DNA from: Candidatus Omnitrophota bacterium
GTDB taxonomy: Bacteria > Omnitrophota > Gorgyraeia > 2-02-FULL-51-18 > JAGOUK01
DNA length: 31,236 nucleotides
Direction of reading: 5' to 3'
Assembly (NCBI GenBank): GCA_015231685.1
Contig: JADGBA010000002.1
Span: 1-31,236 of the forward strand
Part shown: positions 27,995 to 31,236 of the stretch, one piece after another
Numbering within the stretch: position 1 is the stretch's first letter
How the letters are laid out: each line of letters starts with the position of its first letter
Translations under genes and position numbers: made by a program
Notes under the pieces: model-generated
The model's database searches: none
Told to the model about the DNA's origin: nothing
The model's input: only the letters and a program-made list of their open reading frames with translations

Positions 27995-28696
27995 CTAAAG
28001 CTCGCTCATCGCGCTGGATTGCTTCTCAAAGTAGTGCCGCAGGCTCCCGTCAAACACCACTTCGCCTATCGTGATGATAAATCCCGCCAAAAGCGACGCG
28101 TCGGGTTCAACGGCCGGATCTGCCGCGCAGGCAAGCTTGGCCTTAATCTCTTCCTTCTGCCGGGCGGTGAGTTCAAACGCGGTTCTCACTGACGGAACCG
28201 ACCCGGGCGTCGCCTTGCCGGCGGCAGCTTCCAGCGACCCCAAAAGATCGTCCGCCATACAATCATGAATCGAGCGCAGCATACGCTCACTGAAACCCTG
28301 CTCGATGATCTGCGCGGCAAACGACGCTCCCCGGCGCCGCGCTTCAAAATCCATCTTCCGCTCAAGCGATGCTTTGGCTTCCTCGACCTGGGCTTCAAGG
28401 GCTTCTTTTTCCCTGCCGAGCTCCACCCGCATCCGCTCCATCATCGTCTTGATTTCGGTCTCCGCCGCGGCCCGGCGCTTCTGAATTTCGGCATCGAGAC
28501 TTTTTAGCTTTTCCTCGCGGCGCTTCTGCATCTGAATTTCGTACACATTGAGCTTCTCCTCCTTCTGGAGATTCATTTCGTGAAGCTTGTTCACACGTTT
28601 GACCGCATCCAGAAGATGGCCATGAAAAACGCGCCGCATCACGAGAAGGAGAACCACAAAAAAACCGACCTGCAGAAGCACGAGCTGTATCAGCAC
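27995..28696 (-). CDS. atpF: Fo subunit b fused to a delta/OSCP C-terminal-like domain
   Basis: N-terminal TM, long charged coiled coil, C-terminal VRTAFEL...DASLLAGFIITIGEVVFDGSL; GTG 28696 with GGGAGG RBS; 233 aa. Confidence 0.8.
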   Translation of the reverse strand: MLIQLVLLQVGFFVVLLLVMRRVFHGHLLDAVKRVNKLHEMNLQKEEKLNVYEIQMQKRREEKLKSLDAEIQKRRAAAETEIKTMMERMRVELGREKEALEAQVEEAKASLERKMDFEARRRGASFAAQIIEQGFSERMLRSIHDCMADDLLGSLEAAAGKATPGSVPSVRTAFELTARQKEEIKAKLACAADPAVEPDASLLAGFIITIGEVVFDGSLRHYFEKQSSAMSEL

Positions 28697-28697
28697 G

Positions 28698-28910
28698 TTA
28701 TACCCTCCCGACAAAGATGTGGAAGATGACCAGAAGCGCGATGACCGCAATGGCTTCGGCAAAAATAAACCCCAGCATCATCGTCATCTGAATCCGGGGG
28801 GCTGAGGAAGGATTTCTCCCCAGCGCCATGATCCCCGCGTACCCGATAACGGCGATGACAGCCGATGGTCCGGCGGTACTGAGAATCATCAGAAGAAGAA
28901 TTTGCGCCAT
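28698..28910 (-). CDS. atpE: Fo subunit c (proteolipid), divergent
   Basis: 70 aa helical hairpin, loop GRNP, Glu in FAEAIA. Confidence 0.88.
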   Translation of the reverse strand: MAQILLLMILSTAGPSAVIAVIGYAGIMALGRNPSSAPRIQMTMMLGFIFAEAIAVIALLVIFHIFVGRV

Positions 28911-28929
28911 AAGCCGCTAAATCACCTTT

Positions 28930-29172
28930 CTATTCGACAACAGCCACCAGGGTCTCGCCGTCAAAACGCATGAGCCCCTGCCAGACCTTGAGGTGCTTCG
29001 GTTCTTCGTTTGGCGGAAAAACAACCAGCTTTCCGTCACCCAACAAGGAAATAATCGGCGCGTGCTGATCGGCGACCTCAAACTCACCCATCACCCCAGG
29101 CAAAAGCACGCGGTGGACCTTGCCATCATGAATCGTTCGATCGGAAATATGCATTATTTTGGCGCTAAACAT
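28930..29172 (-). CDS. atpC: F1 epsilon subunit, N-terminal beta-sandwich only
   Basis: VLLPGVMGEFEVADQHAPIISLLGDG matches the epsilon LPGxxGEFxVLxxHAPxxxxL pattern; 80 aa with no C-terminal helices. Confidence 0.82.
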   Translation of the reverse strand: MFSAKIMHISDRTIHDGKVHRVLLPGVMGEFEVADQHAPIISLLGDGKLVVFPPNEEPKHLKVWQGLMRFDGETLVAVVE

Positions 29173-29205
29173 ATGAGGCTATATCCATTTAATCACTAGT
29201 ATTTG

Positions 29206-29233
29206 ATTATACACTATGGATAGCAAATATCAA
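29206..29233 (-). promoter_or_regulatory. sigma70-type promoter heading the atp-gsp run
   Basis: TTGATA (29233-29228), 16 bp, TATAAT (29211-29206) in an AT-rich spacer. Confidence 0.65.
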
Positions 29234-29330
29234 GATTGTTAAGTATATTTAAGCTTTGTCAGTTTCGCGGCCTGAATACACCTCTCCCCGGGGCATTTCA
29301 AACGACGATTCGCAGGCGTCTAACGGATAT

Positions 29331-30017
29331 TTATTTGAGGCGTCCGGCGGTCCAAAAACAAACGACGCTGAGAATCCCCAAAAAGGCAATAACTCCGAGG
29401 ATTAAAAGCGGTGTCCACGCAGGATTGGCGGAACGGGGTGTTTGTGTGTAGGAAAGATTGCTTTCGCTGACAAAATCTTCAAGGTTCTTCACCTTGGTCC
29501 GGAGGCTTTCCAGGACAGCGGAGCTGTCCCTGAAATCATCAATCCGCTCCTTGGGGGAACGCCCCGCGGCGCTGGATTTAATACGTATCAACGCGAGGTC
29601 CTGCCGGATATTCCCCTCAAGGGGGGTGGCGGCTTTCCGAAAAGCGGGATCCTCGAGAGCGGCGAGGGCAGCGGCGGTTCTTTTCTCAAGTTTGTTCAGC
29701 TCTTCATCGGGGATGCGCCAGACATCGCGGATCACGACCCTGAGGACCTGGCTCTCCTTGGGTTGCAGCTTGACCTTTTTTTGGACAAAAAAGGCGCCGC
29801 GCGACTCGTCGAATTCGAGCTCAAATTCTTCCGTGTTCAGAACATGCTCCGGGCGGACTTCGGCGGGCAAATACGTCTTGATCGGAACTTCCATCTCGGT
29901 TTCTGCGGAGGGGTTGATCGCCAGCACCTTGATCACAATAGTGGCGTCCTCAGCCGCCTTTCCCGCCATCGGAAAAGCCAGCATCGCCAGAACCGCCAAA
30001 ACCCATACCCGTTTCAA
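29331..30017 (-). CDS. Hypothetical exported protein with a C-terminal membrane anchor
   Basis: TTG start with AAGGAG RBS, signal peptide, beta-rich then helical domain, C-terminal TM plus short basic tail; TGA-TATGAT extended -10 at 30058-30050. Confidence 0.78.
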   Translation of the reverse strand: MKRVWVLAVLAMLAFPMAGKAAEDATIVIKVLAINPSAETEMEVPIKTYLPAEVRPEHVLNTEEFELEFDESRGAFFVQKKVKLQPKESQVLRVVIRDVWRIPDEELNKLEKRTAAALAALEDPAFRKAATPLEGNIRQDLALIRIKSSAAGRSPKERIDDFRDSSAVLESLRTKVKNLEDFVSESNLSYTQTPRSANPAWTPLLILGVIAFLGILSVVCFWTAGRLK

Positions 30018-30083
30018 TCCTTGATCCCCCTCTCCTTTAGCGCCGCACTATCATATCACAAGACTCAGTCTTCGCAGAGCGGG

Positions 30084-31236
30084 TCACACCTGCAGGCGAA
30101 TACTACCCGCGCCCAGCACCGCTTCAACCGCGTCCACCAGGTCCGCATTCGGGCTCACGTAAAGCGAACGGTCGATAATCATTTCGGTCCGCTCTCCCGT
30201 GGGTTTGACAAAGTTCAGGTAAACGGGCGTCTGGCCCCCGTGCCTGGAGAGAAGCTCCTGAACGGCATGCAGATTCGTTTCGCTTGCGGCCTCGGGTCCG
30301 AATTCGATCAGAACACTTCGGGTCATCCGGTTCTGAATGGACTGCACCGTATGGATCTCCTGAACCACCAGTTTGGGCATTTCTTCGGACTTGTCGAGCC
30401 TGCCCTTAAAGAACAGAATCGCGTCCGCGGCCAGAAGATGTCCGTATTCGGCATAAACCCTCGGAAAAACCAGCGCCTCCACGAGTCCTTCGAGATCTTC
30501 CAATCCCAGAATCGCCATCCGCTCCCCGCTCTTCTTCGTGACCGTGAGGCGCAGCTTGGCCACGAGAGCGCCATAGAGCACCTCACTGCCGTCCTGGGCA
30601 TCGAGGACGGTGAGCGCATTCACGCTGGAATACTGATGAAGCTCCTTTTCATAGCGTCGCAAAGGATGCCCGGTGACATAATAACCCAGAAGCTCCTTTT
30701 CGTAGGCCAGCCGTTCCGCCTCCGGCCATTCATCAAGATCGCGCAGGCTGCCCGCGGTTTTCGGAGAAGCCCGGCTGCCGGCCGCGCTGTCAAACAGCGA
30801 AAATTGACCCGCCTGCCGGTCCTTCTGGAGCTGGCTGGCATGCGCCACCGCGGAATCCAGCCCGTCCATAAGCTGGGAGCGGCGGAATCCCAGCGTGTCG
30901 AACGCGCCGCATTTGATGAGACTTTCGATGGTCTTCCGGTTAACAGCGCGCGAATCCACCCGCTCGCAAAAGTCGTGCAGGGACTTGAATGGCCCTGTTT
31001 TGATGCGGTTCTGGATAACGCTGTCGATGGCGGCCTGACCGACATTCTTTACGGCCGCGAGCCCGAAGCGGATCGACCGCTCACCGACAACCGTAAAGCT
31101 CGGAAAGCTTTCGTTCACATCCGGCGGCAGGACCTCGATGCCCATGCGCTTGCACTCATCGATGTACTGGACCACCTTGTCCGTGTTGTCTTTTTCACTT
31201 GATAGAAGCGCGGTCATGAATTCCACCGGGTAATGG
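30084..31236 (-). CDS. dnaE: DNA polymerase III alpha subunit, 3' part (gene starts beyond the right edge)
   Basis: HYPVEFMTALL, EVLPPDVNES, IRFGLAAVKNVG, LIKCGAFD, EKELLGYYVTGHPL, OB-fold LEDLEG...FP. Confidence 0.96.
   Translation of the reverse strand, partial: HYPVEFMTALLSSEKDNTDKVVQYIDECKRMGIEVLPPDVNESFPSFTVVGERSIRFGLAAVKNVGQAAIDSVIQNRIKTGPFKSLHDFCERVDSRAVNRKTIESLIKCGAFDTLGFRRSQLMDGLDSAVAHASQLQKDRQAGQFSLFDSAAGSRASPKTAGSLRDLDEWPEAERLAYEKELLGYYVTGHPLRRYEKELHQYSSVNALTVLDAQDGSEVLYGALVAKLRLTVTKKSGERMAILGLEDLEGLVEALVFPRVYAEYGHLLAADAILFFKGRLDKSEEMPKLVVQEIHTVQSIQNRMTRSVLIEFGPEAASETNLHAVQELLSRHGGQTPVYLNFVKPTGERTEMIIDRSLYVSPNADLVDAVEAVLGAGSIRLQV

Noticed and set aside
24222-29172. Reading the cluster as the normal ATP synthase, a standard N-ATPase, a V/A-type ATPase or a T3SS/flagellar export ATPase
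   Set aside because: No subunit a, Q or R and a different gene order; distinct alpha, beta, gamma and epsilon rule out homohexameric FliI/SctN and V-type enzymes. A split housekeeping operon cannot be fully excluded from this window alone.
29442-31202. 586 aa plus-strand ORF
   Set aside because: Antisense shadow of dnaE and the neighbouring gene; no recognisable motifs; expected with GC-rich codon bias

Overview
31 kb of a GC-rich bacterial chromosome. The gene content is PVC-like, possibly Candidatus Omnitrophota (inference, not established). Almost all genes are on the minus strand. The centrepiece (11857-29172) is a divergent F1Fo-like ATPase cluster (epsilon N-domain only, c, b-delta fusion, alpha, gamma, beta) with no subunit a. 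Its beta gene stops 3 nt before the ATPase gene of a type II secretion/type IV pilus-like system (GspE, F, two prepilins, K, PilM/N-like, PilO/GspM-like, ExeA-like, GspC-like, secretin, TPR protein). A second minus-strand run (973-9568) holds a hypothetical membrane protein, uvrA, a long TPR protein, exbB, exbD, a TonB-like protein, a Zn-ribbon membrane protein, a winged-helix protein and cutA. A LeuT-like NSS transporter is the only supported plus-strand gene, and the 3' part of dnaE closes the right edge. The first ~950 bp, largely missed by the ORF track, look like the end of an integrated element: a 5'-half tRNA-Ala(CGC) ending just after the anticodon loop, five GTGTCC repeats, a decayed comM fragment and a frameshifted IS1634-family transposase running off the window. 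All calls are from motif recognition only; no searches were run.
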